Source: Vicinamibacteria bacterium
GTDB lineage: Bacteria; Acidobacteriota; Vicinamibacteria; Marinacidobacterales; Marinacidobacteraceae
NCBI GenBank assembly: GCA_963555995.3
Contig: OY821641.1
Location: 448,001-512,000, forward strand
Reading direction: 5' to 3'
Length of the DNA: 64,000 nucleotides
The notes beneath the pieces were generated by a model. It was not told the origin of the DNA and ran no database searches. It saw nothing but the letters and a program-made list of their open reading frames with translations. This document shows positions 39,801 through 48,478 of this stretch, piece after piece. The translations under genes were made by a program, and so were the position numbers. Numbering within the stretch: the first letter of the stretch is position 1; the number at the start of each line of letters is the position of its first letter.

Positions 39801-41507
39801 TTAATGTGGCGCCGTGCGCGGCGCGGAGCGCCGCGCGTGCCGGTCCGGAGACCGGCGTTCCCAGAGGACCCGGCCGCCGACGATCGTCAGGCCCACCTCG
39901 ATCCCGAGGATCGCGTCCGGTTCGGCGGCGCGCGGATCTTCGGAGAGCACCACCACGTCGGCGAGCATGCCCGGCGCCAGGGTCCCCTTGATGTCCTCCT
40001 CCCGGGTCACGAAGGCCCCGTTCCGGGTGTAGCCGATCAGCGCCTCTTCCATCGAGATGGCCTCGTCCGGTCCATAGACCTCACCGGACATCCCCTTGCG
40101 GGTGGTGGCGGCGTAGAGCCCCACCATCGGACCGATCGGTAGGATGTCGCTGGAGAGGACCAGGAACACCCCCCGGTCCATCGCCGAGCGGACCGGGTTG
40201 TTCCGCTCGACGCGGTAGCCGTCCAGGTACTCGCGGTAACGGCCCTCCAGCGTGTAGGTGAAGTTGGGCTGCTGGATGACCAGGATCCCGAGGTCCGCCA
40301 TCCGGTCCATGGTCTCGTCGGACGGCGGCACCGTGAAGTGGTTCAGGGCGTGACGGTGGTCCGGCCGGGGCTCCTCCGCGAGTACGTCGGCGAAGGCGTC
40401 CACCGCCAGCTCGATCGCCGCGTCCCCGATGGCGTGGAACGCGAACTGCCACCCCATCGCGTGCGCTTCGCGGACGATCTCGCGGAACTCCTCCTCCGGG
40501 CGCACCAGGCTGCCGCGGTAGGTCTCCTCGCCCCGGTACGGCTCCTTGGTGTAGGCCGCCGGTCCGGTGAAGCCCCCGTCCACGAAGACCTTGAGCGGAC
40601 CCACCCGCAGCCGCTCGTCGCCCTCGCCGCTCAGCCGGCCGAACGCCTCCATCGCCTCGGTCCCCGCCCACCGGATCTGGACGGCGGCGCGGGGCAGTTC
40701 CTCCCCGAACTCGGCATAGACCGACTCCCACGCCCCGAAGCCCGACGGCGCCACCCCCGCGTGCACGATGCTCGTGATTCCGAGGCGCAGCAGGTCGCGG
40801 AGCGCGGCGACGAAGCTCTCCCGGAGTTCCTCGGGCGTCGCGTCGGGGACGAGGCGGGAGACGAGGTCCTGCCGTTCCCGGATGACGCCGTTCAGCTCGC
40901 CGTCCGGTCCGCGCTCGATGACCCCGCCGTCCGGCTGCGGCGTGCTCCGGTCCACGCCGGCGAGGGACAGCGCGAGGCTCGACGCCACCGCGCTGTGGCC
41001 GCCCGCCCGGGTCAGGATGACCGGGTTCTCCGGAGCGGCGGCGTCGAGGTCGGCCCGGAGCGGCCGGCGCTGCTCGCGCACCTCGTCCTCCGACCAGCCG
41101 TAGCCGGTGATCCATTCGCCCGGCCCGAGTTCGTCGGCCTTGGCCGCCACCAGGTCCTGGAGTTCCTCGATCGAGGAGAGGCCGCCGAGCGGGATGTGCC
41201 GCCGCGCGCGGCCGCGGATGTGGATGTGCGCGTCGTTGAAGCCGGGCATGGCGGTCCGTCCGGCGAGGTCCACCTCGCGTTCGGCCGCGTACCGGTCGCG
41301 GAGCTCGTCGCCGCCCACCGCCAGCACCCTGCCGTCCCGGACGGCGAGCGCGGTCCCGGTCGTTCCCGCCTCGTCGAGCACCAGGACGGTCCCGGAGTGG
41401 AGCAGCAGGTCCACGGGCTCCGGGGCGGTGCAGGCCGCCGGTACGGCGGCGGTCACGCACAGCAGACCGATCAGCCGTAACGGCGTCCGTCCGGCTGCTG
41501 ATTTCAC
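39801..41507 (-). CDS. Amidohydrolase 3 family (YtcJ-like), lipoprotein
   Basis: PGFNDAHIH, KVFVDG, FHAIGDAA, GTLAPGMLADVVVL; GTG start overlapping the upstream stop. Confidence 0.9.
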   Translation of the reverse strand: MKSAAGRTPLRLIGLLCVTAAVPAACTAPEPVDLLLHSGTVLVLDEAGTTGTALAVRDGRVLAVGGDELRDRYAAEREVDLAGRTAMPGFNDAHIHIRGRARRHIPLGGLSSIEELQDLVAAKADELGPGEWITGYGWSEDEVREQRRPLRADLDAAAPENPVILTRAGGHSAVASSLALSLAGVDRSTPQPDGGVIERGPDGELNGVIRERQDLVSRLVPDATPEELRESFVAALRDLLRLGITSIVHAGVAPSGFGAWESVYAEFGEELPRAAVQIRWAGTEAMEAFGRLSGEGDERLRVGPLKVFVDGGFTGPAAYTKEPYRGEETYRGSLVRPEEEFREIVREAHAMGWQFAFHAIGDAAIELAVDAFADVLAEEPRPDHRHALNHFTVPPSDETMDRMADLGILVIQQPNFTYTLEGRYREYLDGYRVERNNPVRSAMDRGVFLVLSSDILPIGPMVGLYAATTRKGMSGEVYGPDEAISMEEALIGYTRNGAFVTREEDIKGTLAPGMLADVVVLSEDPRAAEPDAILGIEVGLTIVGGRVLWERRSPDRHARRSAPRTAPH

Positions 41508-42085
41508 CGCTGGATTTCCACCTCGGCGGCTTCCCCGAGCCCGAGGTAGATCCGGACGCGGACCAGCGCACTCCCCCGGACCCGGAAGAACGCCGCCCCC
41601 GGGATGTACCACCGGGTCTCGTCGTCGCGGCGGGTGGCGGCGATCGTGAACTGGGCCGCGATCAGCGGCCCTCCCCACGGCCCTTCCGCCTCGGCCCAGA
41701 CGGTTTCGGAAACCTCGGCGGCGGTCGCCACCTCGGGACGGATGGAGTGGTCCTTCCACGCTTCCAGGAGGCGATCCACCAGCAGCCCGACCTTCTCGCG
41801 CCCCCAGTAGGTCGCGGACCCCCGCTGGTAGTCGCCCGCCGGACCCTGGATGTGGAGCGCGTCCTCGGCGTAGAGGGCGAGAAAGGCCGCCCGGCTCTCC
41901 TCGCTACCGTCCAGCGCGTCCACCAGCCGGAACCAGCGTTCCGCGAGCTCCCGCCCGCCGGGTTCGGCTTCCCCGTCCTGCGCGATGCCGGCTGCCGCGG
42001 GCAGCGCCCACCCCAGGGTCAGCAGCAGGATTCCGGCCGCCAATCTCGGGTAAACGCGGGGCCGGCGACTCACGAATCGGAGCAT
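41504..42085 (-). CDS. NTF2/SnoaL-like secreted protein
   Basis: Signal peptide; FLALYAEDA..., GAAFFRVRGS.LVRVRIY. Confidence 0.6.
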   Translation of the reverse strand: MLRFVSRRPRVYPRLAAGILLLTLGWALPAAAGIAQDGEAEPGGRELAERWFRLVDALDGSEESRAAFLALYAEDALHIQGPAGDYQRGSATYWGREKVGLLVDRLLEAWKDHSIRPEVATAAEVSETVWAEAEGPWGGPLIAAQFTIAATRRDDETRWYIPGAAFFRVRGSALVRVRIYLGLGEAAEVEIQR

Positions 42086-42096
42086 ACCGCCGCGTA

Positions 42097-42308
42097 CCGG
42101 CTTGGAACGCCGGCTTCAGCCGGCACAGCCCGCCGAAGGCGGGCGGCGGGAAGGACCTCATCGGCCGGGATGGCACGAAGGCCGGCACGCTGGCCGCCAG
42201 TTCTTTCGCGGTGCCTCGCCTGCCCACGCGCCATGCGGGCAGGAGGCGTACGTCGTTCCGCTGCGCTTCGCGCAGCGGGTGCCGGCTGAAGCCGGCGTTC
42301 CAAGCCGG
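42097..42308. repeat. REP/REPIN-like element, family A, copy 2 (212 bp)
   Basis: Perfect 30-bp terminal IRs CCGGCTTGGAACGCCGGCTTCAGCCGGCAC; interior is the reverse complement of 55782-55992. Confidence 0.88.
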
Positions 42309-42401
42309 GGGCGTCCTCACGACTGTCGGCGGACCCGCGGGAACCGCATTTCAAAGCCATTGGCTCGCCTCGGCGCTGACGCGAGTTTCCCCGCAGCCTC
42401 C

Positions 42402-45344
42402 CTACCGGGCCGCGGCGCAGCGGGCGATGAAGTGCTCCTGCTCGTCGCTCAGCGGCGGGTCTTCGGCGCACCGCGCGAGGGTGACCGCCGCCTCGTCGAA
42501 ACGGTCGAGCGCGGAGAGGGCCTCGGCGCGGAACCAGAGGGCCCGCGCCTCCTGCGCCCGATGCGGACGGCCGACGCCGAGGTTCTCCGGGTAAGTGAGC
42601 GCCCGGTCGAAGTGGGCGAGGGCCGTTGCGGCATCCCCGGCGTCGAGCGCCCGGCGGCCGAGGGCGATTTCGGCTCGCGAGAAGAGTTGCCAGACGGTGG
42701 CGTCGCCCTCCCGGAAGTTGATCCGGGTCGCTTCCAGCATGGCGATCGTCTCCTCGAACCGGCCGGTGGCGTTCAGCGCCCGGGCCAGTTCGATGGTCAC
42801 GTCGTGGCGGCGGCGGGCGTCCGCCGGGACCATCGCCAATGCCTCCACCGCGTCCGCCGGCCGTCCCTCGGCAAGGAGGAGCCGCGCCAAGTCCCGGTAG
42901 AGGGTCTGGTCCGCCGGGCGGGCCGCGACCGCCTGCCAGAGGCGGCTCTCGGCCTCCGCCGTCCGGCCCGCGATCTTCCAGTGGACCATCCCGAGGGCCC
43001 GGTGGGCGGTGGAGAGGCCCGGATCGAGCGCCGTCGCCGCCTCCCACGCCGCGGTCGCTTCCTCGTAGCGGCCGAGACCCCCGAGCAGGTGGCCCAGCAG
43101 CAGCCGTGGCGCCGCCGACGCCGGGAGCCGCTCCGCCGCCGACCGCAGCACCGGGACGGACTCGGGACGCGAAGGGAAGGCGTAGTCGAGCGGGGCGGCG
43201 AGCGCCTCGTCCCGGTAGCCCGCGGCCCGTTCGCCCCCGGCCCACTCCGCGGCGTGGAACAGCAGCACCGGTCCCGGCTCGAAGCCGCCGTGTTCCCGCA
43301 GCGCTTCCAGCACGTCGAGCGCCATCCCGGAGAGTCCCAGTTCGGCCGCCGTCACCAGGAGTTCGGTGAACGCGAACTCCGGTTCCCCCGCCAGCCCCGT
43401 CATGGCCCGCGCCGCCTCGGCGCGCCCGGCGCCGTCGGCGGTGTGGAGGCGCACCGCCCAGGGAATCAGCTCGACGGTGCCCCGTTCGATCATCCGTCCC
43501 GCCAGTCCCGCGGCCCGGTCCCGGTCGCCGGCGCGAAGGTGCGCGAGCGGCAGCAGGTCCCGGCCGCCCCGCCGGAGCGCCGGGATGGCGTCCTCGGCGT
43601 CGCCCTGCCGGACCTTCACCCGGCCGATGAGGCGCCAGGCCGGGGCTTCGACGCCGGCCAGCTTGGTGGCGAGGTAGGCCGAGTCCAGCGCGCCCTCCGC
43701 GTCCCCGAGCCGGTAGCGGGCGACCGCGTGGAAGAAGCGCGCGAAACCGTGCTCGGGGTCGGCGGCGGCGACCCCGGCGAGCCGGTCCGCCGCCCGCTCG
43801 TAGAGCCCGGCCTTCAGGTCCAGCGCGGCGAGTCCCACCGCGGCGTCCGGGTGGCCCGGCGCCAGCGCGAGCGCCCGCTCGTAGAGCCGGCGGGCCTCGG
43901 CGCGGTTCAGGTCCTTGTCGGCGCGTTCGGCGGCCCCGAACGCTGCCTCGGCGTTCGCCGGTTCGGCCGCCTCGAGGAGCGGCGGGGGTTCCTCCACCGG
44001 GATCTCGAGCGGAGACCGGTAGGCGAGGACGTTCCCGCCGCCGGCGGTCACCGCGACCTCGATCGGCGCCTCCGCCGGCCCCGGCCATTCGACGGCCGCG
44101 ACCGCCTCCGGCGCCAGGTCGAGGGTCGTGGAGTGTTCCGTGCCGCCGCCGCTCAGCCGGACGGTCGCCCCGGGCAGGGCTCTCGTGGCGAGGAACAGGA
44201 AGCGCGTCCCCGCCTCATCCTCGACCCGCTCGACCACCAGGTCGGGCGTCGCGTATTCGAATCCCTCGCCGAGCCCGAACACCGGCGTCCACTGTTCGCG
44301 CCAGAACACCCGCTGGCCCGGATAGACCCAGGCGTAGTCCGACTGGGTGGGCAGCGGACCGCTCTGCACCTCGATGTAGGGGCCGTCCTCGTCCGTGAGC
44401 GCCCGCTGGTTCATCATGCCGTCGTCGCCCTGGCCCCAGGTCCAGCCCTTCTTGCCGGGGAGTTCGCGATGGTCCGCGGTCTGGACGATGCCCCGGTCGT
44501 CCCCCGCGTCGTAGGCGCCGAAGAAGTCGTGGACTGCCCGGTAGGCGAAGATCGAGGTCGGTTCGGGATAGTTGGGGAGCCGCGTCATGTCCACCCCGTC
44601 GTCTTCCGGGAAGCGGTAGAAGGTGGTCCCGAAGTGGTCGCTGGCGAGCGACATCGGGTAGATGAACCGGGTGCCGTCCCGCTGGGGGAAGGCGGTGTTG
44701 TTCCAGAAGTAGTAGGGATAGGGGAGGTCGGTCGGGTTGAAGATGGTGATCTCCTGGTCGAGCTGCGCCGCGCCCGGGCGGAGCGTGAGGCGCACCTCCC
44801 AGCCGGTGCGGAAGCTCTGCTCGATCTCGCCGATCACGAGCGTTGCCGACCCGTCCTCGTTCTGTACCCCGGTGACGTTCACGGGCGAATAGCTGGTCAC
44901 CGTGTGTCCCTGGGGGCCGCGGTTCCACTCGATCCCGCCGGAGACCCACGCGCCCCGCAGCGCGATCAGGCCGGGCCGGATGACCCGGTTGTTGTAGAAC
45001 ATCTGCTCGTTCTCGCGCTTGTCGAGGACCCACTGGATGCGGCCCCCGATCTCGGGAAGACAGGCCACCTTCAGGTACTCGTTCTCGAGGAAGAAGGCCC
45101 GCCAGGTGTGGTCGGCCCGTTCCGTGCCGAGGTTGTCCTGCATCGTGTAGGGGTAGACGATGGAGCCGTCGGTTTCGCGGAACTGCGGGTTCGGGTCGTC
45201 GGGCAGCAGGGCGTAGGTGGGGAGGGTGAGTTCCCCCTCCCAGACGCGGACGGGTTCCTGTCCGGTCGCGGGAACGGAAACGGCGGCAGCGAGAGACAGC
45301 GCCGTCAGCAGGGTCGGGGGGCGTGGAGAGAGCATGCGCGTCAC
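42402..45344 (-). CDS. DUF5107 plus TPR-repeat protein, secreted
   Basis: LENEYLKV..LPEIGGRI, GAWVSGGIEWN, PGKKGWTWG, YIEVQSG; C-terminal TPRs with YPENLG. Confidence 0.88.
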   Translation of the reverse strand: MTRMLSPRPPTLLTALSLAAAVSVPATGQEPVRVWEGELTLPTYALLPDDPNPQFRETDGSIVYPYTMQDNLGTERADHTWRAFFLENEYLKVACLPEIGGRIQWVLDKRENEQMFYNNRVIRPGLIALRGAWVSGGIEWNRGPQGHTVTSYSPVNVTGVQNEDGSATLVIGEIEQSFRTGWEVRLTLRPGAAQLDQEITIFNPTDLPYPYYFWNNTAFPQRDGTRFIYPMSLASDHFGTTFYRFPEDDGVDMTRLPNYPEPTSIFAYRAVHDFFGAYDAGDDRGIVQTADHRELPGKKGWTWGQGDDGMMNQRALTDEDGPYIEVQSGPLPTQSDYAWVYPGQRVFWREQWTPVFGLGEGFEYATPDLVVERVEDEAGTRFLFLATRALPGATVRLSGGGTEHSTTLDLAPEAVAAVEWPGPAEAPIEVAVTAGGGNVLAYRSPLEIPVEEPPPLLEAAEPANAEAAFGAAERADKDLNRAEARRLYERALALAPGHPDAAVGLAALDLKAGLYERAADRLAGVAAADPEHGFARFFHAVARYRLGDAEGALDSAYLATKLAGVEAPAWRLIGRVKVRQGDAEDAIPALRRGGRDLLPLAHLRAGDRDRAAGLAGRMIERGTVELIPWAVRLHTADGAGRAEAARAMTGLAGEPEFAFTELLVTAAELGLSGMALDVLEALREHGGFEPGPVLLFHAAEWAGGERAAGYRDEALAAPLDYAFPSRPESVPVLRSAAERLPASAAPRLLLGHLLGGLGRYEEATAAWEAATALDPGLSTAHRALGMVHWKIAGRTAEAESRLWQAVAARPADQTLYRDLARLLLAEGRPADAVEALAMVPADARRRHDVTIELARALNATGRFEETIAMLEATRINFREGDATVWQLFSRAEIALGRRALDAGDAATALAHFDRALTYPENLGVGRPHRAQEARALWFRAEALSALDRFDEAAVTLARCAEDPPLSDEQEHFIARCAAAR

Positions 45345-45459
45345 CTTGTCTGGCCGGGAGAGGCTAACCCCACGACAGCTATTCGGAACCCGGCGACCGA
45401 CCGGTCGTCGCGGAAGAACGGGCGAGCTGCCCCGGCCCGTCCCGCAGAGCCGGCCGGAA

Positions 45460-46083
45460 TCAATTCCCTGGTGCGCCTGGGTCTGTCAGACGGTTCTGGC
45501 GCCGAAGCTCCATGGCGACGAAAGGGGATTCCCTCACCAGCACGTCGAAACAGATCCGCCCCGTCCAGAAGTCCGCAGCGTGGCTCTCCCGCGTGGTGCG
45601 AAACGCGTAGTCGTTGAGTTTCAATCGGCAGATCGTCGCCTCTACCTGGGCCCGAATCTCCGCCGACAACCGCCTGCCCGGACAAACCTGGAAACCGCTC
45701 AGCTCGATACGAAACCAGCCATCCTCAAGCTCGAAGGGATCGAGGACATCCAGCCAGTTGTTCTTCCGGGAGTTCATACGCGAGGAGGCGAGTCGGAAAT
45801 TGCTCCACTCGTAGATGAGATGCCACTCCCGCGACTTGGGGGCCATGTGATCCACGGAGGCGGCGCCGGTTACAGCATGGATGCGGAAACAGGAATACGC
45901 GCAGATCTCGTTGTATGCCTTCATGAGATCCGGTATGGCCTTTCTCCAAAGACTCGGCAAGCGGTCGACCAGTTCATCGGGAGGCGTCGCCTCGGCCTTC
46001 AACCGCTCGATGGCCCTTTTCCCCGGTTTGCGCACCTTCGTGTCGAAACCCGGAGGCTCGGGTGCCGGCGTAACGGGAATCAT
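45460..46083 (-). CDS. HNH-type nuclease (PtuB-like)
   Basis: 207 aa from MIPVTPAPEP; CAYSC...SVDHMAPKS...YEWSNFRLASSRMNSRKN; ATGA overlap with the ATPase stop. Confidence 0.8.
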   Translation of the reverse strand: MIPVTPAPEPPGFDTKVRKPGKRAIERLKAEATPPDELVDRLPSLWRKAIPDLMKAYNEICAYSCFRIHAVTGAASVDHMAPKSREWHLIYEWSNFRLASSRMNSRKNNWLDVLDPFELEDGWFRIELSGFQVCPGRRLSAEIRAQVEATICRLKLNDYAFRTTRESHAADFWTGRICFDVLVRESPFVAMELRRQNRLTDPGAPGN

Positions 46084-47327
46084 CGTCCCATCGAATGCCG
46101 ATACTGAGTCCAGCGGACCCAGAAGCGATCCACGTCGCTCAGGGCAGCCCGAAGTGCACCCTCCACCTGATCCAGTTCGTCGCCGGACGCTGTGCCGTCC
46201 CTGCGGAAGAGCGCCAAAGCATCGGTAATCGCGTTCTCCGCCTCGATAGAGCGCGGTTCCGTCAGATCGAACACGGAAGACGTGAGCCAAGCGTTGGCGT
46301 CGCCGTGTCGGCTCCAGGAATGTTCGAGAAGCGTGACGCTTCTTTCTTCGAGTTTCAGTTCCCACACGGCGTCGGAGTCTTTGTCGAACTGCGCTTCGAC
46401 GGACGCCAGAATCAGCGGTGAGTGCGTGGCCGCCACCAGTTGCACCGGAATCCCGGCTTCGCCCGTGAGTGCCTCCATCACGTCCAGCAAAGCCGGCACG
46501 ATCCGACGCTGCCACTCCGGGTGAAGGTGCGCTTCGATCTCGTCGATCAGGAAGATGATCTCACGGGCAGGCGCATCGCCGCGCAATTCTGCGGACGCCA
46601 CATGTTCCTGCCAAGTCCACACCAGCAAATAGGCTAGGGAGACGATGCGGCGAATTCCGGCCGAAGCGTGCACCAGCGGCACTTCCAGCCCGTACGGGGA
46701 CCTAATGGTGGGATGTTTCCGCGCGTCGCTGAGCGATAGCTTGATGAGTTCTCCCGGTTCCAGAGGTTCGGCTGGAGACGGCGAGAGCGCCACGAGGACG
46801 CTTTTTAGCTGCCGCATGGCGTCGCCGTCCTCGAGCTGCCAGTTCGCCCAATCCGCAATCAGCCCGTTGCAGTATTTGGTGGACCCTCCGAGGGGCAGGC
46901 CGTCCCAGACTTCCCGGCCCGAGAACAGGTACGCCGCCTGCCTTTCGCTGTCCTGCTCCTTCCAGTAGTTTCGGGCTGGGTCCCAGACCGAGAAGCCGCC
47001 GTCGACCTGGGCATAAAGCACGAGACCGGGAATCGGCGGGCGGCCCCGCCGCAGCTTCCACTGTTCTTCGCCACGGTCGAAGTTACTCTCGTACTCATGG
47101 GGTTTCGATTTGGCTCCGTAGCGGTAGAGAATTCTCGGAACGGCAGGGGGCCGATGCGGCACGAGCATCGTCCGCGCCCAGGTTCGAGTAAGAGCCCACC
47201 AAGCGGCTTCGAGAAGAAAGGATTTGCCGAGCCCGTTGTCGCCAGTCAGGAAGTTCATCCGACGTCGGAAATCGAGCGTCAAGCGCGGCGCCGGGCCGAC
47301 GCCCTCGAAGCTCAACCGTTCGATCAT
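46080..47327 (-). CDS. ABC-type AAA_21 ATPase (PtuA/AriA-like)
   Basis: GDNGLGKS Walker A, SAG signature, LIDEIEAHLHPEWQ Walker B/D-loop, ATHSP H-loop; no TM segments. Confidence 0.88.
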   Translation of the reverse strand: MIERLSFEGVGPAPRLTLDFRRRMNFLTGDNGLGKSFLLEAAWWALTRTWARTMLVPHRPPAVPRILYRYGAKSKPHEYESNFDRGEEQWKLRRGRPPIPGLVLYAQVDGGFSVWDPARNYWKEQDSERQAAYLFSGREVWDGLPLGGSTKYCNGLIADWANWQLEDGDAMRQLKSVLVALSPSPAEPLEPGELIKLSLSDARKHPTIRSPYGLEVPLVHASAGIRRIVSLAYLLVWTWQEHVASAELRGDAPAREIIFLIDEIEAHLHPEWQRRIVPALLDVMEALTGEAGIPVQLVAATHSPLILASVEAQFDKDSDAVWELKLEERSVTLLEHSWSRHGDANAWLTSSVFDLTEPRSIEAENAITDALALFRRDGTASGDELDQVEGALRAALSDVDRFWVRWTQYRHSMGR

Positions 47328-47379
47328 CTGGACGAGGACGGTGGTGTCGGCGATGCGCTCCGGGCCCGTGCTCGCAACC

Positions 47380-47607
47380 TCATGGTGGCGAGAGGCTCTC
47401 CCAGTGGGCCTCCGGGAGCACCGGACCCACGATGTCGCCGGTCACCTTGGCCGTGCCCCGCAACCGCGACTGGGGGTACTCGACACGCTCTCCGGTCCCG
47501 GGGGAGGATTTGTTCTCCGGCTGGCTGCGACTCGGAATCCGTGGCGGCTCAACGGCGGGCTGCGCGGGGCCTGGAACGGTTCGATCGCGGGTCTTCAGGT
47601 CTGGCAT
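47380..47607 (-). CDS. Small antitoxin-like protein (Phd/VapB-type C-terminus), possibly orphan or degenerate
   Basis: C-terminal LRGTAKVTGDIVGPVLPEAHWE resembles VapB tails; start uncertain. Confidence 0.4.
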   Translation of the reverse strand: MPDLKTRDRTVPGPAQPAVEPPRIPSRSQPENKSSPGTGERVEYPQSRLRGTAKVTGDIVGPVLPEAHWESLSPP

Positions 47608-47709
47608 TTCGGTTCGTCCCAAGGAAGAGTATGCGCGAAGACGGACGCGCGTGGCCCGCGTTCGCTGGGTGGAGAGAGAGCTTCGCGCCCGGCCCTGCCT
47701 CTTGCCACG

Positions 47710-48378
47710 CTACGGAACCAGCCGGAGCGGGCGGAAGGCTTCGGGGACGTGGAAGCTGGGGCCGCCGGTGGGGGACCAGGCCGCAAAGATGGCGCCTTCC
47801 TCCGGCGCCTCGGGACCGCCGGGCCGCTTGATGCGGAAGACGTTGAACGGGATCTCCACGCCGGGCGCCGGAGGACCGGACAGGCCCAGACCGTCCCACG
47901 GCAAGAACAGCGTGCCGATCCAGCCCTCGCCGGTGACGGCGGTGGCCGTCTCCATCCCGGCCACCGAAAAGCCCCGGTCCATGGGCCCGATGGGATCCGA
48001 AGCGCTCTCGCCCGGCCCGAGCCGCCGCAGGTCGCAGACCACGTTCGCCGGGTTCAGCTCCACCTCGACGTAGCGGCCGTCCGCCAGCGGGTCGAGAAAG
48101 ATCTCGACCACTTCCTCCTCCCAGAGCCGGTCGTCGCGCCCGGTCATGGTGAACCACGGGGCGTCGTCCTCGGAATCGAAGCGCAGGTGGAGTCCGCGCT
48201 CGTTCCAGAGCGCCCGGAACCGGGTGCGGTAGGGCTCGGAGCCCCAGACCACTTCCGCCGCCCCGTCCCACGCCGCGGCGGTCGCCGCGAGCGGGGCCGC
48301 CGCGCCGGCCGAGGTCCGGCGGGCCTCGTAGGCGGCCGGGGTCTGGAGCACGACCGCGAAGAGCAGCAGCGAGGACAT
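47710..48378 (-). CDS. Carbohydrate-binding family 9-like (DOMON-like) protein
   Basis: RDDRLWEEEVVEIFLDP, YVEVELNPAN, AWSPTGGPSFHVPEAF. Confidence 0.82.
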   Translation of the reverse strand: MSSLLLFAVVLQTPAAYEARRTSAGAAAPLAATAAAWDGAAEVVWGSEPYRTRFRALWNERGLHLRFDSEDDAPWFTMTGRDDRLWEEEVVEIFLDPLADGRYVEVELNPANVVCDLRRLGPGESASDPIGPMDRGFSVAGMETATAVTGEGWIGTLFLPWDGLGLSGPPAPGVEIPFNVFRIKRPGGPEAPEEGAIFAAWSPTGGPSFHVPEAFRPLRLVP

Positions 48379-48478
48379 CCTGGCGGGCAATCCTGTCGCA
48401 TTGCGCGCGATTGCTTATGATGAAACCGGTTCCAGCCGGGGAGTTCCCGGCCGGTTCTCCGGACCGGGAGGCGGAAAG

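Noticed and set aside
42102-45617. 1171-aa plus-strand ORF
   Set aside because: Starts inside a REP-like element and is antisense to the DUF5107-TPR gene.
45460-47700. Retron associated with the PtuAB-like pair
   Set aside because: No reverse transcriptase ORF or recognisable msr-msd region nearby.
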